This document shows positions 56,085 through 64,000 of a stretch of DNA of 64,000 nt, one piece after another. The translations under genes were made by a program, and so were the position numbers. Positions within the stretch are counted from its first letter, which is position 1, and the number at the start of each line of letters is the position of its first letter. Under the pieces are notes generated by a model, which was given only the letters and a program-made list of their open reading frames with translations, did not search any database and had not been told where the DNA came from. Source of the DNA: a bacterium. Its GTDB lineage: Bacteria > UBA8248. The stretch spans positions 704,001-768,000 of the forward strand of contig CBDBEV010000001.1 in NCBI GenBank assembly GCA_965204535.1, read 5' to 3'.

Positions 56085-59000
56085 GCGCCCAGCCCCGCGA
56101 TCAGGAACAAAGGGATGAGGCCACGACCTGGACGCAAGGCCCCGTTCTGGTCGAGGCGGCCGCGGGCACGGGCAAGACCACCCTGCTCGTCGAGCGAATC
56201 CTGCACCTGATTCGCGCAGAAGGGGTGCGTATCAATGAGATAGCCGCCATCACCTTCACGCGTAAGGCGACGGCGGAGCTCAAGGACAGGATTCGTAGTG
56301 AAATTCTCTCGGCGGTCGAGAAAGAAGAAGACGACGACGAGGCGAAAGCGCGCCTACAGGACGCGCTGGATAATCTCGAATCCGCGCGCATCTCCACGAT
56401 CCACGGCTTCGCCCTCGATATCCTGCGGGGCTTCTCCGTGGAAGCGCGGCTTCGGCCTGATTTGGAAAACGTGGGCGAAATCGAGTATGACGCGCGGCGC
56501 GACGCGGTCTGGCGCGACTGGCTGGCGCAGGCGCTGGACGGTGAGGATGCGCGATTGCGCGATTTCCTGGAGCTTGGCTTTTCGACAACCGATCTGGAGA
56601 AAATCCGTGACGCCCTGCTCGTCCTGCCGGAACTGAGGGAGCATTTCCCGCGCTCGGGGGGCGCGTCTCCCGATGAAATCCGCGCTTCCGCCAAAAAGGC
56701 GTTCGACGCCTGGGTGGAGGTGGGCGAGCGCCATTGCAGCAATGAAGAGGACAAGGCGTTTCAGCAACTCGAAAAAGCGAGAGGCTGGCTGGAGGGTCTA
56801 TCCGGACTTTTGCAAACGGAGTTGCTGCGCGAACTCTGGGTTCCCGGCTTCAAGCTGAACAAGCGGGTGGGTTCGGCGGCGAATTGGGGTGATTCCACGG
56901 ATTCGGGGAGAGAAAACCTGAAGCTCTTTCGTAGCGGGTATGATCGCTTCATGCAGAAAGGCGTCTCGTCAATCACCCACGAGATGCTCGCCGATCTGGT
57001 TCCCCTCGTTCGGGATTTCGTCGAGTCCTTCGAGAGGGATCTGCGCGAGGCGGGTCTGTTGTCCTATCAGGACATGCTCTTTCAGGCGGCGAAGCTCGTC
57101 CGGGAGAACGCCTCCGTGCGGGGGAGAATCCGCGAGAGCATCCGGCATTTTCTTGTCGATGAGTTTCAGGATACCGATCCCTTACAAGTCGAGTTGATAT
57201 TCCTGCTCGCGGGAGAAGGAGACGCCGCCGACTGGCGCGAGGTGCTGCTGGAGGACGCAGGCCTTTTCCTGGTGGGCGATCCCAAGCAATCCATCTACCG
57301 CTTCCGCCGGGCGGACATCGCCATCTATCACGAAGTGAGTGAGAGGATCGAGGCGCTCCCGAATGGCCGCCTGCTGCATATCAAGGAAAACTTCCGCAGC
57401 ACGCCCGGCGTGGTCGATTTCGTGAACGAGGCGTTCTCGCGCGTCATCCGCCCGGAAACAGGGGTTCAACCCGAATATGTCCCCTTGGAAGCGCACCGCG
57501 AATCCGCAGATACCGCTGTTTTCCTGATCAGACAGAAAGAAGACGGAGACGAACCCGAGGCCGGCGGCAGAATGAACGAGGAGGAGAGGCGCAAAGCCGA
57601 GGCCGCCTGCCTCGCCGCCGCGATCCGCGAGCTGGTGGAGAGGAAAGTAGAGATTCACGATAAAGAGGAAAACACGCGCCGCCCCGTCGGTTACGGCGAC
57701 GTCGCCGTCCTGTTCCGCGCGCGCACGGGCTACGCCGAGTTCGAGGATGCCTTTCGCGCTGCGGGCGTTCCCTTCATCACCGACGGCGGGCGCGGGTTTT
57801 ACGACAAGTTCGAGGTCGGCGCGGTCGTCTCGGTATTGTCCGCCGTCGCGCGGCCCGGCGACCCGCTGGTGCTGGCCGCCGCCCTGCGCTCTCCCTTGTA
57901 CGGCTTTTCGGACGTGGAACTCGCCCGCTGGTTCCTGAAAACGCAAGACCCGTCTGAAAAGGAAATAGAAGACCCGCCTGAGGAATTGCGCGAGGCGGCT
58001 TGCGAGATTCGCTGTCTCCACGGCATGAAGAGAGATTCGAGCGCGCGCGCCCTTTTGGAGGAGATATACCGCCGTACGCGGGCGTTCGAGTTGTTCCTGG
58101 CCTCATCGGGCGGGGAGCAGCGCGTCGCCAACCTGTTGAAGCTCCTGGACATGGCGCATGAATTCGCCGGGAACGGGAGGCGGGGCGTGGATGCGTTCGC
58201 CGCGCACCTCATGGCGGAATACGAACGCGGGCGCGACGCCGATGAACCGGAGGCGTTTCTGGATGATCGGGGAGCCGAGGCGGTTCGGTTCATGAGCGTC
58301 CACCAGGCCAAGGGGCTGGAATTTCCCGTCGTCGCCCTGGCCGATCTGGAGGGGGGGAGCGGACAGCATTCGGAGGCATGGATTGGGAACCACGCAAAAG
58401 GAGGCGAAGCGGTCGATCTGCATCTGGGTTCAGGCTCCAGGCGGCTCGATACGCTGGGCTATGCGGATGCGCTCGGGCGCGAAAAAGAGTTCCGGGAGGC
58501 CGAAACAAAACGTCTGTGGTACGTGGGCGCGACGCGGGCGCGGGACTGTCTGCTCTGGCCGGAATCGGGTTTTCGCTTCTTGATGAAGGGCGCTGGGCTG
58601 AGCGAGGGAGAGATGGACGAGGTGATTCAGGCGGCGTCGGCTTTCCGCCGGGAAGTTTCGCCGCAAGCGCCTGGGGAGCCGGAGCCTATCCTCCGCCTTC
58701 GCGACGATGTGTTCTGTCCGGTGAACGGGGGCTCGGCGGGCGTCCTCGACCGGCGCACGGTCCTCGACGAGAAATTGAAGCGCCTGAAGAAGCCGGTTGA
58801 GACGAGAAAGCCCCTGGCTCCCAGCGGTCTCGTGGAAGGCTTCAGCGAGGAGGAGTCCCCGGCCTCCCGGACGGTGTTCGATGAGGATGCGCCGGAGGAA
58901 CGAGAGGTTCACGCGGGCGGGACGGATTTCGGGAACCTGGTTCATGCGATCCTCGCGCGGCTGGAGCCGCCGGATATCGAGCGTCTGGAGAGTCTGCGGG

Positions 59001-59443
59001 AAGAGGGCGTCGCGTTCGCGAGCGCGCTGGAATTGAAAGAAGAAGATGTCGATTACGCCATGGGGTTGATTCGAGACTCGATGCAGACGGGGAGGATACT
59101 CGCGCGCGCGGCGGCGGCTTCCAGGCGCCGGCGGGAGCTTCCCTTCGCCTTCGAACTGGAGGGCAGCGTGATCCGGGGATTCATCGATCTGGTGTTCGAG
59201 GAAGGGGGCAAGCTCGTGGTCGTGGACTTCAAGACGGATAACGTCGCGGCGGGCGAAGCGGATGATAAGGCCACGTTTTATGAGAACCAGGGAGCCGCCT
59301 ACGTCATGGGGCTGGAGGCGGCGACGGGTCTCGAAGCGGGTGAGCTCGTGTTTTCCTTTCTGCGTCCGGGCGTGGACGTTTCCCGCTCCGTCGATGATGT
59401 GTTAAGACAGCGCGTACGAGAGGCCGTGGCGGGAGCGGAATAA
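56081..59443 (+). CDS. addA: AddA-like UvrD helicase/nuclease
   Basis: EAAAGTGKT, ITFTRKA, TIHGF, VDEFQDT, VGDPKQSIYRFR, NFRS, MSVHQAKGLEF, YVGATRARD, GFIDL..VVDFKT. Confidence 0.9.
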   Translation: MSAQPRDQEQRDEATTWTQGPVLVEAAAGTGKTTLLVERILHLIRAEGVRINEIAAITFTRKATAELKDRIRSEILSAVEKEEDDDEAKARLQDALDNLESARISTIHGFALDILRGFSVEARLRPDLENVGEIEYDARRDAVWRDWLAQALDGEDARLRDFLELGFSTTDLEKIRDALLVLPELREHFPRSGGASPDEIRASAKKAFDAWVEVGERHCSNEEDKAFQQLEKARGWLEGLSGLLQTELLRELWVPGFKLNKRVGSAANWGDSTDSGRENLKLFRSGYDRFMQKGVSSITHEMLADLVPLVRDFVESFERDLREAGLLSYQDMLFQAAKLVRENASVRGRIRESIRHFLVDEFQDTDPLQVELIFLLAGEGDAADWREVLLEDAGLFLVGDPKQSIYRFRRADIAIYHEVSERIEALPNGRLLHIKENFRSTPGVVDFVNEAFSRVIRPETGVQPEYVPLEAHRESADTAVFLIRQKEDGDEPEAGGRMNEEERRKAEAACLAAAIRELVERKVEIHDKEENTRRPVGYGDVAVLFRARTGYAEFEDAFRAAGVPFITDGGRGFYDKFEVGAVVSVLSAVARPGDPLVLAAALRSPLYGFSDVELARWFLKTQDPSEKEIEDPPEELREAACEIRCLHGMKRDSSARALLEEIYRRTRAFELFLASSGGEQRVANLLKLLDMAHEFAGNGRRGVDAFAAHLMAEYERGRDADEPEAFLDDRGAEAVRFMSVHQAKGLEFPVVALADLEGGSGQHSEAWIGNHAKGGEAVDLHLGSGSRRLDTLGYADALGREKEFREAETKRLWYVGATRARDCLLWPESGFRFLMKGAGLSEGEMDEVIQAASAFRREVSPQAPGEPEPILRLRDDVFCPVNGGSAGVLDRRTVLDEKLKRLKKPVETRKPLAPSGLVEGFSEEESPASRTVFDEDAPEEREVHAGGTDFGNLVHAILARLEPPDIERLESLREEGVAFASALELKEEDVDYAMGLIRDSMQTGRILARAAAASRRRRELPFAFELEGSVIRGFIDLVFEEGGKLVVVDFKTDNVAAGEADDKATFYENQGAAYVMGLEAATGLEAGELVFSFLRPGVDVSRSVDDVLRQRVREAVAGAE

Positions 59444-59521
59444 AGTAGAAGCACGCAAAACTATAAAATGGTGTCGGGAAAGAGCAAGGACTCCCTCTCA
59501 CATAAAGCAGGGGTTGTGTTC

Positions 59522-59848
59522 ATGAGCGATCTGGAGGAACACCGGAGAAACTTGCTGGAAAGCAGGGAAAGTCTCCGGGAATGTAGACGAGAGGCGCAAG
59601 AGCTCCTGTGGGAACTTCGGAAAGAACTTAACGACCCCACGTTGTCACCTGATGAGAGGGCGGAGAAAGAGGACTTGGCGTTCAAATATGGACAACTTAT
59701 TCAAGACATAGAAGACGATCTGAAGAACGCTGAAGAAGCATTCTCAAACCTGTACGTCGCGCAGAACCGACAGAACACCGACGTGCTGATGGGAGTCGCT
59801 GGCGCAGTTTTGCTCATCTTCATTGTTTTCATTTTGCTGGCCCAATGA
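59522..59848 (+). CDS. Hypothetical coiled-coil protein with C-terminal transmembrane helix
   Basis: E/R/K/L-rich heptads then VLMGVAGAVLLIFIVFILLAQ; alternative start at 59468. Confidence 0.65.
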   Translation: MSDLEEHRRNLLESRESLRECRREAQELLWELRKELNDPTLSPDERAEKEDLAFKYGQLIQDIEDDLKNAEEAFSNLYVAQNRQNTDVLMGVAGAVLLIFIVFILLAQ

Positions 59849-60018
59849 CTACCGGAGAGATTGTCGCCGCCATTGCGATCATTGCAGGGGCATTTATCAT
59901 GCTCATCCCGTGGACACATGGGCAAATCAAAGAATATGCAAAGAAGCCCAAAATGCGGAAATACTATAAAGACTCGAGCCAGAAATGGGAGGATGGGAAA
60001 ATCAACCCTTGGGTATGA
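59845..60018 (+). CDS. 57-aa small membrane protein, not in the supplied ORF track
   Basis: ATGA overlap with the upstream stop; MTTGEIVAAIAIIAGAFIMLIPW THGQIKEYAKKPKMRKYYKDSSQKWEDGKINPWV. Confidence 0.6.
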   Translation: MTTGEIVAAIAIIAGAFIMLIPWTHGQIKEYAKKPKMRKYYKDSSQKWEDGKINPWV

Positions 60019-60171
60019 AAGGTGCCTTATACTCACCGGCAGACCCCAAAGAAAAAAAGAATGAAATTCCGTGGTCCTGGAACAATCAGGACGACACTGA
60101 ACAGCACAATGAAATCTGCAAGGGAATTCACAAGGCTTCAATCTGTTCTAGATGAATAGAGGAGGGTTGCT

Positions 60172-61290
60172 GTGAAGGTCGAATCCATCGAGGTGTTCCG
60201 CGTCGACATGCCGATGCGGGATTTTTTCAAGAACGCGAACCACAACCACAACGTCCAGCCCTCGGTCGTCGTTCGGGTGACTTCGGACGACGGTTTCACA
60301 GGTATCGGCGACGTCGAACCCGTGGCGGGGTATTCGGGCCTGAGCCGCGACGATATCGCGGACGCGGTGGAGCGCAAGCTCGCGCCCGCGCTCATCGGCG
60401 CGAACCCCAGGGCGTCGCGCGAGATCACGCAGAAGATGGATGAGGCTTGCGACGGCTTCGACGGCGGCAAGGGCGCCTTGTCGCTCGCCATGGCGGACCT
60501 CCATGCGAAATTCCTGGGCGTCCCGCTTTATGAACTTCTCGGCGGCGCCGTGAAGCGCGAGGTGCGCTTCAACGCCTGGATCGGCATCAAGGCGCCCGAT
60601 GAGGCGGGGCGCGAGGCGCGGGGTTTTTACGAACGCGGCTGGCGGGCCTGCAAGGTGAAGACGGGGGGAGACGTGGCGTCGGACGCGGCGCGGGTGCTGG
60701 CCGTGCGGGAATCGACGGGAGATGATTTCGAGATACGGATCGACGCGAACGAGTCCTACGGGAACGTGGAAGACGCCATCGCCCTCGCGCGCGAGGTGGA
60801 GGGGGCGGAGATCCAGCACTTCGAGCAGCCCGTTCCCAGAGCCGACATCGAGGGGCTCGCCCGCGTGCGCCGGTCCATCAACATACCCGTCATGGCGGAT
60901 GAGTGCGTGTTCGGGCCGGAGAGTCTGCTGGAGATCATCCGGGCCGAGGCCGCCGATATCGTCAAGGTCAAGATCATGAAGCAAGGCGGCCCCCTGCGCG
61001 TCAGGGATATGGTCGGCACGGCGGAGGCCGCCGGCATGAAGCTGGTCATCGGCCACGGGTTCGGGTTGTCGCCCTACACGCTGGGGGAGATTCACGTGGC
61101 GGCGACCTCGAACGCTTTCCTGGCGGCAATAGAGTCCGTCGGTCCCGAGAAGATGCTGGACGACGTCGTGGATTCTCCGGTCGATATGAGCACGGGGCGG
61201 CATACGATATCCGACGCCCCCGGGCTGGGCGTCGCCCTGGATGAGGACAGGATGGAGAAGTATCTGACGCGCGAAGTCGTCAGGGTGTAA
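60172..61290 (+). CDS. Mandelate racemase/muconate lactonizing enzyme family protein
   Basis: GVPLYELLGG, KVK motif, RIDANE, FEQP, MADE, D.VKVKIMK.GG, PGLGV. Confidence 0.92.
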   Translation: MKVESIEVFRVDMPMRDFFKNANHNHNVQPSVVVRVTSDDGFTGIGDVEPVAGYSGLSRDDIADAVERKLAPALIGANPRASREITQKMDEACDGFDGGKGALSLAMADLHAKFLGVPLYELLGGAVKREVRFNAWIGIKAPDEAGREARGFYERGWRACKVKTGGDVASDAARVLAVRESTGDDFEIRIDANESYGNVEDAIALAREVEGAEIQHFEQPVPRADIEGLARVRRSINIPVMADECVFGPESLLEIIRAEAADIVKVKIMKQGGPLRVRDMVGTAEAAGMKLVIGHGFGLSPYTLGEIHVAATSNAFLAAIESVGPEKMLDDVVDSPVDMSTGRHTISDAPGLGVALDEDRMEKYLTREVVRV

Positions 61291-61360
61291 GTATTCGCGG
61301 GATCGGTTTCTCCGGTTTCGATTCCGGGGCGTCTTTCATCATTTCGAGCAGGTAACTCCG

Positions 61361-62929
61361 GTGCCATTTCCATTTCAGGAAGCGCTGTCATTCTCCGACC
61401 ATCTCCTGGCGGCGGGGCTTTATTTTCTCTTCACCCTGGCGGGCGCGTGCGTCTGCGGCGGTTCGGTTTTCACCCTGATCGCCGGGTCGCACGCTTCGGA
61501 GAGTATGGATCCCAGGTGGGACGGCCTCGCTCTTTTGTGCGCGAAGACGACGCGGGCTCTTGCGGCGGGGGCGGCATTTCCCCTGGCCCTTGCCCTTTGG
61601 GTCGTCATGATGGCCCAGCGGCCCCGCATGATGGAGCAACTCCATTCGATTTTTCTGGCGCCCGCCCTGTTCGGTTTGTTGCTCTTCGGGGTGGGCCTTT
61701 GTTGTTCGCATCAATACATCGCCTCATGGGGGAGAGACCGCCATGAAAGCAGGCTTCATTTTGCGTGGGGGCTCATCTCGGCGATCGGCTTTTGGTGCGC
61801 GGCCGCCGTTTTGGTTTCGGTCTGCGCTTTTTCGGTGCACACGGGCGCGTGGGTGGCGAAGCCCGCCCTCTGGAACGCTCTCTGGAACCCCGCCTTCCCC
61901 GCCGCGCTCTTGACGTGGGCGGCGGTTGCGATGTCGATCTTCGGCGCTTTCGGCCTGCTCTACGCCGCGACCCGGAAGGACGGCGCATGGCGCGCCGCTA
62001 TGGCGCATGAACTGGGCAAGTGGATGGTGGCGGGAGCCGCCGCCGGCGTTCTCGGATGGTTGTGGTGGGGAATCAGCCTGCCGGAGAGCGCGAATCAGAA
62101 GTTGGTGTTCTGGTTGGTAGCGGTCGCAGTGGCGGCGACGGCCGCCTTGGGGGGCATCGCATACAGATGGGGCGTCCGCGAACCCGACAGTCGGCATGGA
62201 TTGCACGCGGGCGCGGCTTCGGCGCTGGTTGTTCTTCTAACGGCGGTATGCGGGTGGGCCTACGTGGAAGCGAAGGGGAATTTCCATATCCACCGGTATA
62301 TGTATCGCAACGGAATCATCATCGAAGAAGCCGAGGATTCCAAACGAACGGGCCTGTGGAACATCGTGAAGCTGGGCGAGCCCGCGCCTGCGCAGGCCGA
62401 ACTCGGCGCGTTCGGCTTCCGCGCGCAGTGTATGGCCTGCCATGCGGATTGGGTGAAGCCGCAAGACCCGGCCCGGCTCCCCCGATTCAGTCTCAAAGGA
62501 GACGCGCTTCGGTTTCTCGGGGAAATGCGCTCCAAACACCCCCCGTACCCGCTTATGGCGGGTACGCCCGAAGAACGCCGCGCCCTGGCGGCGTATCTGG
62601 AAACGCTGATCGCGAAATCGGGCCGAACACTCGCATCGCGCCCCGAGCCGCCAGCCGTCGGACCGAAACCGGCGGCTTCTCCGGCGATGGTCTCGAAACC
62701 CTCTCCCGGGGATGCAAAAAAACGCTCTGAAAACCCGGAGGCGGGCAAGCCGGAAGCGGTGGAGAAGGGCGCCGCCGTCCCTGTTCTCCCGTCCCCCGCC
62801 GCGGCGCAGGCCCCCGAGAGAACACGAGAGGCCAAAGCGCCGGAAAAGGAAGGTCGCCCCCTGGGTTCTCCCGTCCCCCCTGCCGCTGCGTCAGACGCGG
62901 AAAAACCGGAAGAGAAGAATTCGCCATGA
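61361..62929 (+). CDS. Diverged cytochrome bd subunit I-like membrane protein with one heme c motif and a low-complexity tail
   Basis: About 9 TM helices, ALWNPAF, YMYRNGI, CMACH, MAGTPEERRALAAYL. Confidence 0.7.
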   Translation: MPFPFQEALSFSDHLLAAGLYFLFTLAGACVCGGSVFTLIAGSHASESMDPRWDGLALLCAKTTRALAAGAAFPLALALWVVMMAQRPRMMEQLHSIFLAPALFGLLLFGVGLCCSHQYIASWGRDRHESRLHFAWGLISAIGFWCAAAVLVSVCAFSVHTGAWVAKPALWNALWNPAFPAALLTWAAVAMSIFGAFGLLYAATRKDGAWRAAMAHELGKWMVAGAAAGVLGWLWWGISLPESANQKLVFWLVAVAVAATAALGGIAYRWGVREPDSRHGLHAGAASALVVLLTAVCGWAYVEAKGNFHIHRYMYRNGIIIEEAEDSKRTGLWNIVKLGEPAPAQAELGAFGFRAQCMACHADWVKPQDPARLPRFSLKGDALRFLGEMRSKHPPYPLMAGTPEERRALAAYLETLIAKSGRTLASRPEPPAVGPKPAASPAMVSKPSPGDAKKRSENPEAGKPEAVEKGAAVPVLPSPAAAQAPERTREAKAPEKEGRPLGSPVPPAAASDAEKPEEKNSP

Positions 62930-63924
62930 ACGTGATGATGGCCGAATCGAGCGAGTGGCTTATCGTCGCGCTGGGCTCCGTCTTGTGGCTGTGCGCCGGC
63001 GTGAGCGTTTCGCTTCCGTGGTTTTCCGCGCATCTCGCGTTCTGGGGCCGACGGGAGAACAACGCCGCCGACGCGGAATTCGCACGCCGCCTTTCGGGCC
63101 TGTGCCTGACTTCTCTCGTTCCCGTATTCTTCATCGGGGCGGCGCTCTCCTTGCTCGCGTCCACGATGCAGCCGGCCGTTTTTTTCACCTCCGTGATAGC
63201 GTTGATTCGCCCGTTGGGCGCCTCCTTGCTCTTGTTATTCGTCTTCTGGGTTCTCGCCTCCGCGTATTCGAGGGATTGGGAATGGCGCCTGAAATACCGG
63301 TTCGCGCACCTGATGATGGTTCCAGCGGGCGTCTTGATGGGGTTATGCACAGGAGTGGCGTGGATATTCGCGCTTTCTTGCATGAATCCGCACCTGCTTG
63401 ATTTGGAAGAGGGGTGGAATCGGCGCTTTTGGGCGTATTCCTCTTTTTGGTGGCCCATCACGCATTTCTATCTTTCGGCGTTTTCGGCCGGCGGCCTCTT
63501 CCTCATGTTTCTGGGGGGGCAGGCTTTCAGGTGGGAGAGTTCCGCTTCGGTGTCGAACGGCGCGCGGTGGGTTCGTCTCGGCGCGAAGTTCTCCTTGTGT
63601 TTTCTGATGATCCAGGCGGGATTGGCGGGCGCATGGCTCTTCTTCCGGGGGGCTGATTTCCTGGGCGGCATGCTGGCGTCGGGTGGCTCGACTTTCGTGA
63701 CGTTCCTCATTATCGGTGCCGTTTGCGCCGTATCCTTGTTCGAGTTGCTTCTCGGCGCGCTCAGACGGGGCGGGAACGCCCGAATGACCACTTTTTTCGC
63801 CATCTTCCTCGTTTTCATCCTGGCGGTGTCCGTGAATTCGGCGCGATTGACCTTGAACCAGAATGATTTCTCCATTTTCCGGCCGGACCCATCTGCCGGG
63901 CAGGCCCGGGGGCGATCGCGTTGA
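62926..63924 (+). CDS. Multi-pass membrane protein, probable partner of the bd-like subunit
   Basis: About 8 TM helices, ATGA overlap, WWPITHFYLSAFSAGGL. Confidence 0.7.
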   Translation: MNVMMAESSEWLIVALGSVLWLCAGVSVSLPWFSAHLAFWGRRENNAADAEFARRLSGLCLTSLVPVFFIGAALSLLASTMQPAVFFTSVIALIRPLGASLLLLFVFWVLASAYSRDWEWRLKYRFAHLMMVPAGVLMGLCTGVAWIFALSCMNPHLLDLEEGWNRRFWAYSSFWWPITHFYLSAFSAGGLFLMFLGGQAFRWESSASVSNGARWVRLGAKFSLCFLMIQAGLAGAWLFFRGADFLGGMLASGGSTFVTFLIIGAVCAVSLFELLLGALRRGGNARMTTFFAIFLVFILAVSVNSARLTLNQNDFSIFRPDPSAGQARGRSR

Positions 63925-64000
63925 TCGTCGATATCTGCAGCTTCCTGCCCGTCGCGGAGTCCTACCGCGCCCGCCTGTCGGGCTGGGCCTCGATCCCCGG
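63921..64000 (+). CDS. Probable start of the next gene (truncated at the window edge)
   Basis: TTGA overlap; open frame MIVDICSFLPVAESYRARLSGWASIP. Confidence 0.35.
   Translation, partial: MIVDICSFLPVAESYRARLSGWASIP

Noticed and set aside
184-63875. Numerous long antisense or alternate-frame ORFs (e.g. 6553-7692, 10075-11439, 14620-15843, 46536-47834, 60148-61203)
   Set aside because: Shadow ORFs expected in high-GC DNA, overlapping well-supported genes

Overview
GC-rich bacterial chromosomal window, probably from a diderm (it encodes an outer-membrane beta-barrel, AddAB, ChdC and SelAB). The gene mix and dense hairpin repeats suggest a Nitrospinota/Tectomicrobia-like organism, but that placement is inference only. 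The backbone encodes MFS, tandem SulP, two ABC importers, M20 hydrolase, two triple-RidA proteins, SCO, ChdC, a selA-hydrolase-selB-PLP lyase operon, CoA transferase, a double 3-hydroxyacyl-CoA dehydrogenase, a TPP enzyme, homoserine dehydrogenase, AddAB, an enolase-superfamily enzyme and a diverged cytochrome bd-like/heme c pair. The accessory layer includes: (1) a complete 3413-bp IS66-family element with perfect 26-bp TIRs and an 8-bp TSD, lacking tnpA/tnpB but carrying a DUF4338 (DruA/Mom-like) gene and an extended coiled-coil transposase; (2) a lower-GC 1250-aa RecD2-like helicase fused to a C-terminal nuclease, beside gene remnants; (3) stand-alone ATPase genes with phased or palindromic operator-like arrays; (4) a modular family of MITE/REP elements with IS-like TGTTGAAAAA ends; (5) a pair of inverted ~250-bp MITE-like repeats bracketing the 12-kb selAB block; (6) an IS1380 scar. 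No rRNA, tRNA or CRISPR array was seen. All calls come from motif reading by eye; no searches were run.
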